Positions 1 through 8,805 of a DNA stretch of 32,000 bases are shown here, in pieces (positions within the stretch are counted from its first letter, which is position 1; every line of letters begins with the position of its first letter). Origin of the DNA: Psychrobacter cryohalolentis K5 (GTDB lineage Bacteria > Pseudomonadota > Gammaproteobacteria > Pseudomonadales > Moraxellaceae); assembly GCF_000013905.1 (NCBI RefSeq), contig NC_007969.1:3027877-3059876 (forward strand), written 5' to 3'. The position numbers and the translations under genes are program-made. The notes below the pieces were generated by a model. That model was not told the origin of the DNA. It did not search any database and worked only from the letters and a program-made list of their open reading frames with translations.

Positions 1-865
1 TATCAAGACGATATAAATATTGCTCTATTTTCCCTGAAACTAAGTTGATAATGACGATACGAACCAAACTAGAGCCACGACCCGATTTATCAGGATTGTC
101 CATAGAGGACTCCATGATACCTACAAGCGTAGTCTGGTCTGGCGTTATAGTTAATGCTTCCATACCACGATTGGCACGGCGCTTGGTAAACTCTGCCGGT
201 AATAACACCTGCTTACCATCAATAAACACATTATTGCGTTCGTCATGTGCAAAAGGATTGATACGGGCAATTTCCACCCCATCCGCGTCATAGTGGACAA
301 GATGTGGACCATATTCATCGCTGATCCAAAAACTGCCATCTTTGAGCGCGGCAAGTCCTTCGGGATCTAAGCCATTGATATTACTTTTAATGGGGTTGGT
401 CACTTCATCAAACGGTAAATCTGGATTCACCGTCATCGGCTGACCATTGATATCGTAAGGTACTTCATTGGTACCGCCAAAGGCTTTTGGATTCGGTAGT
501 CCAGAGATAGGATTGCCATTGCTATCTTTAAGCACAATGTCTTTTATCTTGATGATTTTGCCATCAGCTTGTAACTCAAACAATCCAATAGACGGCGTAT
601 AATTGGGCACTAAAAACTGCTTACCTTTACCAGCAATACCATCAAAGTCGGCATTGGGACCTCGATCGGTAAGTACATAGAATTGATTAGCATTGCTTGG
701 ATGTGCCGCCGCATCTGAACCATAACCGCCACCGCGTATTTCTAAATTTTTCTCAGGATAGGCAGCATTAGTATGCGTTGCGTCAAGCACGCTATAAGGT
801 AATGGACTGCCTTGCGGAAAATCCACAATTGAGATTATTTCTATATTTACCTTCTGTTCAGTCAT
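1..865 (-). CDS. Phytase-like esterase domain protein (beta-propeller 'esterase-like activity of phytase' family); 3' end runs off the window
   Basis: Absent from the supplied ORF track because it has no stop inside the window. My own translation from the ATG (CAT at 863-865) is open to position 2: MTEQKVNIEIISIVDFPQGS...YVLTDRGPNADFDG...GLDPEGLAALKDGSFWISDEYGPHLVHYD...RRANRGMEALTITPD... The DRGPN, DPEG..DGSFWISDE and NRGxE motifs fit this family. The two short track ORFs at 45-293(+) and 151-354(-) overlap it in other frames and are rejected. Confidence 0.7.
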   Translation of the reverse strand, partial: MTEQKVNIEIISIVDFPQGSPLPYSVLDATHTNAAYPEKNLEIRGGGYGSDAAAHPSNANQFYVLTDRGPNADFDGIAGKGKQFLVPNYTPSIGLFELQADGKIIKIKDIVLKDSNGNPISGLPNPKAFGGTNEVPYDINGQPMTVNPDLPFDEVTNPIKSNINGLDPEGLAALKDGSFWISDEYGPHLVHYDADGVEIARINPFAHDERNNVFIDGKQVLLPAEFTKRRANRGMEALTITPDQTTLVGIMESSMDNPDKSGRGSSLVRIVIINLVSGKIEQYLYRLD

Positions 866-940
866 TATCGTTTTCCTTATCTCAATATTCTTAGTATTCA
901 AAAACGGTATTTCATAAAAAATGATAGATAAATTAAAGGC

Positions 941-980
941 AAAAAAATAACCAGTGCTTAGCATACTCACTGGCTATTTT
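941..980 (-). terminator. Rho-independent terminator downstream of the SPFH gene
   Basis: On the minus strand: CCAGTG-(11 nt)-CACTGG (951-956 / 968-973), followed by TTATTTTTTT. It lies about 40 nt after the stop at 1021. Confidence 0.55.
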
Positions 981-1020
981 TATACGTTGTGCTTATAGCA
1001 TGTGGTCAAAGCACAGCTGC

Positions 1021-1881
1021 TTAAACCTTAAGCTTATCACCGACCATGCCTTTTACGGTACTTAGAATGTCAGCAGGTAATACCACCATTTTTGAGTTGT
1101 CAGACTCAGCCAGCTGACGAATCGCTTTAATATACTGCTCGCCAAGTAAGTAGACAATCGGCATCTCTTCCGTACCCATCGCCGCAGTGATTAGACGGAT
1201 AGACTCCTCTGAGCCTTTCGCCAGTACCACCTGCGCCTCAGCGTCACGGCGTGAGGCCTCTAAACGCCCATCTGCTTCTAAGATAGCCGCTTGCTTTTGA
1301 CCATCAGCACGGGTCACTGTCGCTCGGCGTAGACGCTCTGCCGCTGCCTGTTCTTCCATTGATGCTTGCATGGTTTGCGAGGGGTTAATGTCTTGAATCT
1401 CTACTGTCTTTAACGTGATACCCCAATCTGCAATATCTTCTGAGATGGCATGCTTTAGCTTCATTTTTATTTCATCACGGCTAGATAAGGCACTATCAAG
1501 ATCCATCTCACCGATGATTGAACGTAAAGACGTTTGTACCAGATTACGGATACCATACTCATAATCTTCGATGCCATAGACCGCTTTATCAGGGCGAATA
1601 ATATTAATATAAGCCACAGCATTAGCGATAATCACTACGTTATCGCGGGTAATCACTTCTTGTGACGGAATATCAAGGACGATATCTTTGGTCGTTACTT
1701 TGTAAGAAACATCATCGACATAAGGGATAATAAGGTTTAGACCTGGTTCTAACGTTTGGCTATATTTCCCTAAGCGCTGTACCACCCATTTATACCCTTG
1801 TGGTACGATTCGCACACCTTTAAACACGGTAAAGACTACCAGTGCAACCAAAACCACCATAACAATGCTAAAGCTTTCCAT
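1021..1881 (-). CDS. SPFH/band-7 (stomatin/prohibitin-like) membrane protein, QmcA/YbbK type
   Basis: 286-aa ORF with an N-terminal TM helix (VMVVLVALVVFTVF). An SPFH core (VPQGYKWVVQRLGKY...GLNLIIPYVD...IITRDNV) is followed by an Ala/Glu-rich coiled coil. It sits 15 nt downstream of an NfeD gene, the classic NfeD-SPFH operon. Confidence 0.9.
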   Translation of the reverse strand: MESFSIVMVVLVALVVFTVFKGVRIVPQGYKWVVQRLGKYSQTLEPGLNLIIPYVDDVSYKVTTKDIVLDIPSQEVITRDNVVIIANAVAYINIIRPDKAVYGIEDYEYGIRNLVQTSLRSIIGEMDLDSALSSRDEIKMKLKHAISEDIADWGITLKTVEIQDINPSQTMQASMEEQAAAERLRRATVTRADGQKQAAILEADGRLEASRRDAEAQVVLAKGSEESIRLITAAMGTEEMPIVYLLGEQYIKAIRQLAESDNSKMVVLPADILSTVKGMVGDKLKV

Positions 1882-1896
1882 AATTTATCCTTATTA

Positions 1897-2394
1897 TTAT
1901 ACGCGCATATTTTGGTTCACAGCTGCCTTCGATGTCATGCTACTCACAATCAGCTCGTTACCAACGATATCTGTTACCACTACTCGATCACCGACTGCCA
2001 CTTGCTCACCTCGAGTACGGCACATCCATTCAGTGGCACCCACAATAGGCACATTAAAACGCACCATGCCCGCCCTATCTGGCTGCGGCTGCGCAATAAT
2101 CATACCTGTTTCACCAACGATCACACTGCCACCAAGTCCTGCTTTAGTACGATCAACCGATAAAGGTTTGATAAACTTAAACCATGCCAGCAAAAAGATG
2201 GCGGAGAGGAGTAACCAGATAATGATTTGTACGGATACCGAAACAGGCAGAAGCCATGCAAGCGCAGCCACTATGATAGCAGCGGCACCAAACCAAAGGC
2301 TAGCAAAGGTTGGCACAAACATCTCGACTATCAGCAGCGAAAAGCCTAATACTAGCCAATGCCAAGGTTCAATCATCCAAAGAGTCTCCATCAT
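1897..2394 (-). CDS. NfeD-family membrane protein (partner of the SPFH protein)
   Basis: Three or four TM helices are followed by a C-terminal OB-fold-like soluble domain (GETGMIIAQP...GMVRFNVPIVGATEWMCRT...GDRVVVTDIVGNELIV). The start is uncertain. ATG at 2394 has an AGGGA Shine-Dalgarno-like sequence upstream. The track ORF extends to a TTG at 2430. Confidence 0.8.
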   Translation of the reverse strand: MMETLWMIEPWHWLVLGFSLLIVEMFVPTFASLWFGAAAIIVAALAWLLPVSVSVQIIIWLLLSAIFLLAWFKFIKPLSVDRTKAGLGGSVIVGETGMIIAQPQPDRAGMVRFNVPIVGATEWMCRTRGEQVAVGDRVVVTDIVGNELIVSSMTSKAAVNQNMRV

Positions 2395-2567
2395 TGCTTT
2401 ATTCCCTATCTTTGTTATCCTAGCTTTCAATGTAGCACATTTACTCCTCTAAGGACGTTTTAAAAGCGCTATAAAAACAATGTCTTAATCCAATTAACTT
2501 TCTTAGTATTAAAGCACATCCCTATTTGCCTTAAACTAAGACTATCTATATTGTGCTTAAAAAAAGC

Positions 2568-2600
2568 AAAAAAAAACGACCGCCGAAGCGATCGTTTTTT
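2568..2600 (-). terminator. Rho-independent terminator (structurally bidirectional) after the OMP gene
   Basis: Minus-strand RNA: CGAUCGC-UUCG-GCGGUCG (7-bp stem with one G.U pair, UUCG tetraloop), followed by U9. The plus strand reads an A-run, the stem, then T6. Confidence 0.8.
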
Positions 2601-2653
2601 ATTCTGGGCGTTCTTATTAATACTTTAATATAAAGAGATTAAGTATCAAAATA

Positions 2654-3193
2654 TTAGAACTTTAGCTGTGCACCAACGGTCATTAGATCCGCGTCGCTAC
2701 CTAGCTTGTCATATTCAGCTTCAACGCTGAAGTTAGGGTTTACTGAGTAGCCAAGACCTACACCACCAGCTAAGCTAGTATCTTTGTTTGAACCATTATA
2801 AAAACCTGCTGGAGAAGTACCAGTCGCTTCTATTTCAGTTCTTGCAACACCTAGCTTACCTTTAGCATATAGACCGGTATTTGGGAAAGCATAACGGTAG
2901 GTACCATAAGCGCCGTAAGTTTTTGCGTCGATGTCACCGCCCCTGTAATCTGCGTCATCTGAGCCTACAAATTCAGCTTCCATACCAAAGTTAGGATCGA
3001 AATTGTAGCCTGCATATACGCCATATGCGGTTGGATCATCAGCGCCATCAACGTCTAAATCAAATTGACCGACTTTAGCACCAACGTATGGTTGACCAGT
3101 GTAGCCGTTGCCATAAGAAACGGCAGCTTGTGCACCCATGCTTAGTAATGAACCGGCTGCTAATGCAATTAGAGTTTTCTGTAGAGTTTTCAT
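2654..3193 (-). CDS. Small outer-membrane beta-barrel protein (OmpA-like/OmpX-like 8-strand barrel family)
   Basis: Signal peptide MKTLQKTLIALAAGSLLSMGAQA. Alternating Gly/aromatic beta-strand pattern and a C-terminal ...VGAQLKF (terminal Phe). I place the start at ATG 3193, which has AAGGAGA 7 nt upstream. The track start at 3226 would add 11 residues before the signal peptide. Confidence 0.85.
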   Translation of the reverse strand: MKTLQKTLIALAAGSLLSMGAQAAVSYGNGYTGQPYVGAKVGQFDLDVDGADDPTAYGVYAGYNFDPNFGMEAEFVGSDDADYRGGDIDAKTYGAYGTYRYAFPNTGLYAKGKLGVARTEIEATGTSPAGFYNGSNKDTSLAGGVGLGYSVNPNFSVEAEYDKLGSDADLMTVGAQLKF

Positions 3194-3364
3194 GTGTATC
3201 TCCTTAAAATCACTGTGGACAAACAAGTTATTTATTTATGTGGAATTTTTAGTCATATCGCCTTGTTTGCTAACGATGTATACATAGTAACAAACCATGT
3301 CAGAGACTCTGTCAGTGTTTAATGGTAAGAAAGTTAAGTTTTGCAAGTGTTTATCAGTGTTCAA

Positions 3365-3398
3365 GTTACAAAGGCCGATATATGAAATCTTTTGTTAC
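3365..3398. promoter_or_regulatory. Candidate operator-like inverted repeat upstream of bioF (possible BirA site)
   Basis: GTTACAAAGG-N14-CTTTTGTTAC, with 8 of 10 positions complementary between the arms, lies about 115 bp upstream of the bioF start. The geometry (two ~10-bp arms with a 14-nt spacer) resembles the E. coli bio operator, but the half-site sequence does not match it well. Confidence 0.25.
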
Positions 3399-3513
3399 AA
3401 CCACTCAGTTTGTGCAATAATCCCTACTTATTCTTGAGACGATTTACTCAGAACCTCATTTTAATAAGTAAAAACGATTAAATAAAAGCGATTAAATAAA
3501 AAAAGGGACCTCA

Positions 3514-4746
3514 ATGACTGCTCTTATTATCAATCGTCTGCAAGAGTCGCTCAACGCGCTAAAAGCAGCGAATCAATACCGTCAGATACCTAACTTACAA
3601 CACCATGAGCAATATGTGATTAGCGAAGGCAAGCGATTACTCAATATCGCTAGCAACGATTATCTTGGCTTGGGCAGTAATAAGCAACTCCAGAGCGATT
3701 TCCTTAATCAACTCAATCAATTTCCAGTCGATAGCATACCTAGGATGAGTGCCACCTCCTCTAGGCTCTTGACAGGTAACGATGAACATCTGCAAGCATT
3801 GGAGTCTGAACTACAAGAATGGTATCAAAACGCTGTAGACAAGAAAAACTTATCTTCATCAAAATCGGTACTGGTATTCAACAGCGGCTACCATGCCAAT
3901 ATAGGTATTTTGCCTGCACTGACGACATTGCCAATCAAAACGCTCATTTTGGCAGATAAACTGGTGCACGCTAGTATTATCGACGGCATACGCCTCAGCC
4001 AAAGTAAGCTGGTTAGCTATCGTCGTTACCGTCACAACGACTATGAGCATTTAGCCAAATTTATTGAGCAAGCAGATTCAAGTGTTAAGCGCATTATTAT
4101 TGTCACCGAAAGCATCTTTAGTATGGATGGTGACCGCGCTGACTTGGCGCAATTGGTGCAATTAAAAGCAAAAGATGCTCGTATTGAGCTGTATATCGAT
4201 GAAGCCCATGCTATCGGTATCTTAGGTGATTCAGGTTTAGGAGTGGCAGAAGAAACCCAAACACTGGCTGATATTGATTATCTGGTGGGGACTTTTGGTA
4301 AAGCGTTTGCGTCCATTGGCGCTTATATCATGTGTAATGATGTCGTCAAACACTGGCTAATTAATCAGATGCGCCCCCTCATTTTTAGCACCGCATTACC
4401 ACCCATTAATCACGCATGGACACGTTTTATTTTAGCAAAAATGCCAAGCTTAACGGAGCAGCGCCTTCATTTGGCACGGTTATCCGTCACGCTTAGTGAC
4501 GCTATTCCCGAACGATATCGCGTGTCGTTAATTCATCAAGATGCAGGCTATGCCTCCCCTATTGTGCCTTATATACTAGGCGATAATGCGCTCACTGTCG
4601 AAAAAGCAAAGCAGCTACAAGCAGCAGGATTTTATGCCTTACCTGTCAGACCGCCTACTGTTCCTGCCAATACTGCTCGTATTCGCTTAGTGATGAATGC
4701 AGCGCTTAGCCATGAGGACTGTCAGCGGCTGATAGCGCATTTATAA
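3514..4746 (+). CDS. bioF: 8-amino-7-oxononanoate synthase (KAPA synthase)
   Basis: 410-aa class-II aminotransferase fold: ASNDYLGL, SGYHANIG, DEAHAIG, and the PLP-lysine motif GTFGKAF. It lies directly upstream of bioC. Confidence 0.9.
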   Translation: MTALIINRLQESLNALKAANQYRQIPNLQHHEQYVISEGKRLLNIASNDYLGLGSNKQLQSDFLNQLNQFPVDSIPRMSATSSRLLTGNDEHLQALESELQEWYQNAVDKKNLSSSKSVLVFNSGYHANIGILPALTTLPIKTLILADKLVHASIIDGIRLSQSKLVSYRRYRHNDYEHLAKFIEQADSSVKRIIIVTESIFSMDGDRADLAQLVQLKAKDARIELYIDEAHAIGILGDSGLGVAEETQTLADIDYLVGTFGKAFASIGAYIMCNDVVKHWLINQMRPLIFSTALPPINHAWTRFILAKMPSLTEQRLHLARLSVTLSDAIPERYRVSLIHQDAGYASPIVPYILGDNALTVEKAKQLQAAGFYALPVRPPTVPANTARIRLVMNAALSHEDCQRLIAHL

Positions 4747-4812
4747 TGCGATTATTTTTTAGTAACTACTTTCTTTTAGCGTTAAGCGAATTATTTGGAT
4801 GCAACAAACAAC

Positions 4813-5652
4813 ATGAAACCTCCTGCTACACCTGACATTCTCAGCACAAGAAAACAAACCATCGCGCGTCATTTTGCCACTGCTAGCGATTATGACCAGC
4901 ATGCCCATATTCAAGCGCAAATCTGTCAGCATCTCCTTGCCCTTATCGCTTGTACTAAGCAAGATAGCGTATTTGAAATCGGTGCAGGCACAGGTCAAAT
5001 GACACGTTTGTTGTCAGAGAGCGTTCAAAGTCAGCACTGGTTCATCAATGAGCTGTGTTCTGAAAGGGCAGCGATATTGCAATCGATAATACCAACAGCC
5101 AACATAATAATTGGCGATGCTGAAACCATTGAATTATCCAAAGTCTCTAACTCAATAAACCCTAGTTTGATAGAGCACAGCCTAATAGTCAGTGCAAATG
5201 CGGTACAGTGGTTTGATAACCCATTGAGTTTTGTAAAACAATCTGCCCAGCGTTTGCGAGCAGGAGGGCAATTAGTCTTTAATACTTTTACGCCAGATAA
5301 CTTTTTGCAAATTAAGCAACTAACGGGTCAAGGGCTGCATTATCCAACTATCAATGAGTGGCAATCAGCATTAGAAATCGCAGGTTTTGAGAATATCAAA
5401 CTATTAACTCAGCGCTTTGATGTACCTTTTGCCAATCCCTACGCTGTTCTTAAACATATGAAGCTGACAGGGGTTTCGACTAATCGAACGCAAGATCAGT
5501 CAAGTAGTGGTCAGCCATTTACATGGACCAAGTCCCGTCTAAAACAATTTGAGCAAGATTATTGGCAACAGTTTTCTGAATTAAATAAAGACGGTCAACC
5601 TTATGTGAATTTGACTTATGATGTGCTGATGATAAGCGCTTTTAAAGTGTGA
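4813..5652 (+). CDS. bioC: Malonyl-ACP O-methyltransferase
   Basis: The N-terminal KQTIARHFATASDYDQHAHIQAQ matches the BioC signature (E. coli [22 protein letters not shown]). SAM motif FEIGAGTGQMT, and ANAVQWFDN. I prefer the ATG at 4813. The track ORF starts at a TTG at 4795. Confidence 0.88.
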   Translation: MKPPATPDILSTRKQTIARHFATASDYDQHAHIQAQICQHLLALIACTKQDSVFEIGAGTGQMTRLLSESVQSQHWFINELCSERAAILQSIIPTANIIIGDAETIELSKVSNSINPSLIEHSLIVSANAVQWFDNPLSFVKQSAQRLRAGGQLVFNTFTPDNFLQIKQLTGQGLHYPTINEWQSALEIAGFENIKLLTQRFDVPFANPYAVLKHMKLTGVSTNRTQDQSSSGQPFTWTKSRLKQFEQDYWQQFSELNKDGQPYVNLTYDVLMISAFKV

Positions 5653-5681
5653 CATGTGAATTGCAATCTTATTAATGAAAT

Positions 5682-5712
5682 AAAAAAACGCACCCCGAAG
5701 GATGCGTTTTTT
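5682..5712. terminator. Bidirectional rho-independent terminator between convergent bioC and dnaK
   Basis: A7-CGCACCC-CGAA-GGATGCG-T6. On the minus strand it reads CGCAUCC-UUCG-GGGUGCG-U7 (UUCG tetraloop), 26 nt after the dnaK stop. Confidence 0.85.
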
Positions 5713-5737
5713 ATTTAACTACTTATTAGCAGTATAA

Positions 5738-7681
5738 TTATTTTTTATCGTCTTCTACTTCAGTGAACTCAGCATCGACCACATCGTCGTCTGCTTGGTT
5801 GCTCTCGCCAGCATTATCCGCACCTTGTTGGAACTGGTTTGGATCCATACCTTCGGCGCTAGCGCCTGCATCAGCATAAATCTTCTGGCTAACTGGTAAG
5901 AAGGCATTGTCTAATGCTTCAAGCTTGGCTTTGATCTCTTCATGGTCATCTTCTTTCGCCGCTGCTTCAAGCTCAGAGATAGCCGCTTCTACTGATGATT
6001 TTTCATCGTCAGATACTTTATCAGCCGCATCTTTTAGCGCTTTTTGTACTGCATGGATACGACCATCCGCTTCATTACGCACTTGCGCAAGATTGGCGAA
6101 TTTCTCATCTTCAGCAGCATTAGCTTCAGCATCACGAATCATTTGTTCAACTTCTTCGTCCGATAAACCAGAATCCGCTTTGATCTGGATACTTTGAGCT
6201 TTACCAGTACCTTTATCCGTCGCTGAGATATTCATGATACCGTCAGCATTGATGTCAAAGCTTACTTCGATTTGTGGCAAACCACGTGGTGCTGGTGGAA
6301 TATCAGTTAAGTCAAAACGACCAAGCTGTTTATTTTGGTTCGCAATTTTACGCTCGCCTTGATAAACCTGAATGCTAACCGCTGGCTGGTTGTCTTCAGC
6401 CGTTGAGAACACCTGTGATTTCTTAGTCGGAATCATGGTATTTTTCTCAATGATTGGCGTCAAGATGCCACCCATGGTTTCGATACCAAGCGTCAATGGT
6501 GTCACATCAAGTAGCAATACGTCGGTTTTTTCACCAGACAATACCGCACCTTGAATAGCTGCACCGGCTGCTACTGCTTCATCAGGGTTCACGTCTTTAC
6601 GTGGCTCTTGACCGAAGAATTCTTGTACTTTTTGCTGTACCAATGGCATACGAGTCTGACCACCAACCAAGATGACATCATCAATATCGCCGATTTTTAT
6701 ACCTGCATCTTCAAGGGCAATCTTACAAGGACCCATAGTACGTTGTACCAATTCTTCAGTTAAGCTCTCAAGTTTTGAGCGACTGATAGTCACAACCAAA
6801 TGCTTAGGACCACTGCTATCAGCAGTGATATACGGCAAGTTTACTTCAGTACTTTGGGCACTTGATAGCTCAATTTTCGCTTTTTCTGCCGCTTCTTTGA
6901 GACGCTGCATCGCAAGAGAGTCACCTTTTAGGTTGACGTCTTGGTCTTTTTTGAATTCAGCGACTAAGAAATCAATCAATGCTGAGTCAAAATCTTCACC
7001 ACCAAGGAATGTATCACCATTGGTTGCTAGTACCTCAAACTGCTGCTCGCCATCAACGTCAGCGATTTCGATGATTGACACGTCAAAGGTACCACCACCC
7101 AAGTCATAAACGGCAACAGTGCTATCGCCTTGCTTTTTGTCCATGCCATACGCAAGAGCAGCAGCAGTTGGTTCGTTGATGATACGTTTTACATCAAGAC
7201 CCGCAATTTTACCAGCGTCTTTGGTTGCTTGGCGCTGTGAATCATTAAAGTAAGCAGGTACAGTAACGACTGCTTCAGTAACCGCTTCACCAAGATAATC
7301 TTCGGCTGTTTTTTTCATTTTTTTCAAGATTTCCGCAGAAACCTGTGGTGGTGCTAGTTTTTTGCCGTTGATTTCAACCCATGCATCACCGTTATCGGCT
7401 TTGGCGATTTTGTAAGGCACCATACCAATGTCTTTTTGCACGACTTTGTCATCAAAACGACGACCAATCAAACGCTTGATAGCAAAAAGCGTGTTGTTTG
7501 GGTTGGTAACCGCTTGACGCTTGGCTGACTGACCAACAAGGATCTCGTCATCTTTATAAGCGACAATCGATGGGGTGGTACGAGTACCTTCAGCATTTTC
7601 GATGATTTTAACTTTATCACCTTCCATTACTGCGACACATGAGTTGGTTGTACCTAAATCAATACCAATGACTTTACCCAT
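5738..7681 (-). CDS. dnaK: Molecular chaperone DnaK (Hsp70)
   Basis: 647 aa with an unmistakable Hsp70 sequence: [39 protein letters not shown], and an acidic C-terminus. Confidence 0.99.
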   Translation of the reverse strand: MGKVIGIDLGTTNSCVAVMEGDKVKIIENAEGTRTTPSIVAYKDDEILVGQSAKRQAVTNPNNTLFAIKRLIGRRFDDKVVQKDIGMVPYKIAKADNGDAWVEINGKKLAPPQVSAEILKKMKKTAEDYLGEAVTEAVVTVPAYFNDSQRQATKDAGKIAGLDVKRIINEPTAAALAYGMDKKQGDSTVAVYDLGGGTFDVSIIEIADVDGEQQFEVLATNGDTFLGGEDFDSALIDFLVAEFKKDQDVNLKGDSLAMQRLKEAAEKAKIELSSAQSTEVNLPYITADSSGPKHLVVTISRSKLESLTEELVQRTMGPCKIALEDAGIKIGDIDDVILVGGQTRMPLVQQKVQEFFGQEPRKDVNPDEAVAAGAAIQGAVLSGEKTDVLLLDVTPLTLGIETMGGILTPIIEKNTMIPTKKSQVFSTAEDNQPAVSIQVYQGERKIANQNKQLGRFDLTDIPPAPRGLPQIEVSFDINADGIMNISATDKGTGKAQSIQIKADSGLSDEEVEQMIRDAEANAAEDEKFANLAQVRNEADGRIHAVQKALKDAADKVSDDEKSSVEAAISELEAAAKEDDHEEIKAKLEALDNAFLPVSQKIYADAGASAEGMDPNQFQQGADNAGESNQADDDVVDAEFTEVEDDKK

Positions 7682-7767
7682 AATGAATTGCTCCTAATTT
7701 ATTTTTAAATAAAATTTTATTTCATCAGACCGTCGATCACTAGATCGTAGTCGGTCACTTGTTGCTT

Positions 7768-7797
7768 TATATCGGTTTGCTTATGTATTTTTTCAAG
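7768..7797 (-). promoter_or_regulatory. Sigma-32 (heat-shock) type promoter candidate for dnaK
   Basis: Minus strand: GA-CTTGAA-(15 nt)-ACCGATATA, compared with the E. coli consensus CTTGAA-N13-17-CCCCATnTA. It lies about 85-115 nt upstream of the dnaK ATG. Confidence 0.45.
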
Positions 7798-7975
7798 TCG
7801 ATAGCCATGCAAATAATGCCTTTTGTGTGATTTTTTGTGAAAACCCTCACTAATAATAAGGTTTAGCACAGTTAAAGACTGAATATCTTTTGCCTATATA
7901 CTCTATAAGCATCTAGGACTACATTGGCGACGTTATATGCTTAGCATACTACCGCTTTAGCGCCTGTCCTACTTA

Positions 7976-8590
7976 CTACTGACCGACACGTACCATCGCC
8001 GGACGTAATAAACGGCCATTTAAACTATAGCCTTTTTGCAAGACTGTACCAACAGTATCGGCTGGCGCATCAGCGTCGATACCGACCGCTTCATGAAAAT
8101 CAGCGTTGAATTTTTCGCCTTGTGGCTCGACCACTTCGACGCCATTTTTGTTCAGCACATCTAGCAATGCTTTATGTGTCAGTCTCACGCCTTCAGTAAC
8201 AGGATCGTCTGCATTGACGTTTTCAATCGCACGCTCCAAGTTATCCACCACTTCCAAAAGCTCTTTGGCAAATTTCTGTAGTGCAAAACGTTTGCTCTTA
8301 TCTGCCTCTTGCTCCATACGCTTTTGCGCATTGTAAGTTTCGGCATTGGCACGCGCGGTACTTTCTTTAGCTTGTTTAACTTCACCTTCTAGCTCAGCGA
8401 TACGGGCTTTAAAAGTATCAAGATCAATATCATTTTCGATGACACTTTCTTCACCAGCATTATTTTGTGGGTCAAATTCTTTTAAAGTCTCTTCTAAGAT
8501 ACTCTCATCGTGTACCACATTATCATGTGAAACATTGTCATGTGAAACATTTTGATCGATCGATTCGTGGTTGTTATTTTGCTCGCTCAT
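7976..8590 (-). CDS. grpE: Nucleotide exchange factor GrpE
   Basis: 204 aa with a coiled-coil region (RIAELEGEVKQAKE...ANAETYNAQKRMEQE) and the GrpE C-terminal beta domain (GYSLNGRLLRPAMVRV). Confidence 0.97.
   Translation of the reverse strand: MSEQNNNHESIDQNVSHDNVSHDNVVHDESILEETLKEFDPQNNAGEESVIENDIDLDTFKARIAELEGEVKQAKESTARANAETYNAQKRMEQEADKSKRFALQKFAKELLEVVDNLERAIENVNADDPVTEGVRLTHKALLDVLNKNGVEVVEPQGEKFNADFHEAVGIDADAPADTVGTVLQKGYSLNGRLLRPAMVRVGQ
8504..8548 (-). repeat. In-frame 15-bp tandem repeat (about 3 units) in the grpE N-terminus
   Basis: Minus strand: GTTTCACATGACAAT / GTTTCACATGATAAT / GTGGTACACGATGAG, encoding VSHDN-VSHDN-VVHDE. Confidence 0.9.
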
Positions 8591-8600
8591 GATAACTCCT

Positions 8601-8648
8601 TAATAGTGTCATAATTTAATAGCGTCATAATTTAATAGTGTCGTAATA
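8601..8648 (-). repeat. 16-bp x 3 direct tandem repeat immediately upstream of the grpE RBS
   Basis: TAATAGTGTCATAATT / TAATAGCGTCATAATT / TAATAGTGTCGTAATA. It ends 1-2 nt from the AGGAG Shine-Dalgarno sequence (8596-8600), which lies 5 nt upstream of the start codon. Confidence 0.9.
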
Positions 8649-8805
8649 ATGATGCAATGTAGCACACAAAAAATTGGCGCAGCGCTCGCCACTTTGTGGT
8701 TATTACTAATGCATTTACTCATAATTCATAGGCTTATACTGCCTACTTAACCTTTATTACTGGTTCTTTGTATAACTATATGTAATCACCTTTCAATAGC
8801 TGCTT

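Noticed and set aside
45-354. Track ORFs 45-293(+) and 151-354(-)
   Set aside because: Both overlap the long uninterrupted minus-strand frame (2-865) that encodes a recognisable phytase-like protein.
1798-2452. Plus-strand ORFs 1798-2163 and 1865-2452
   Set aside because: They are antisense to the SPFH and NfeD genes. They have no RBS or family resemblance, and their composition is His/Thr/Ser-rich.
4759-4998. Minus-strand ORF overlapping the bioC start
   Set aside because: It is antisense to bioC, whose identity is well supported, and it has no family features.
5907-7109. Track ORFs on the plus strand antisense to dnaK (5907-6197, 6372-6554, 6551-6763, 6672-7109)
   Set aside because: They lie entirely within the unambiguous dnaK CDS. 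Their translations are low-complexity and Ser/Ala-rich, typical of antisense frames.
7860-7872. CIRCE (HrcA) element upstream of dnaK, suggested by TTAGCAC
   Set aside because: Only a 7-nt fragment matches. There is no TTAGCACTC-N9-GAGTGCTAA inverted repeat, and gammaproteobacterial dnaK is normally sigma-32 controlled.
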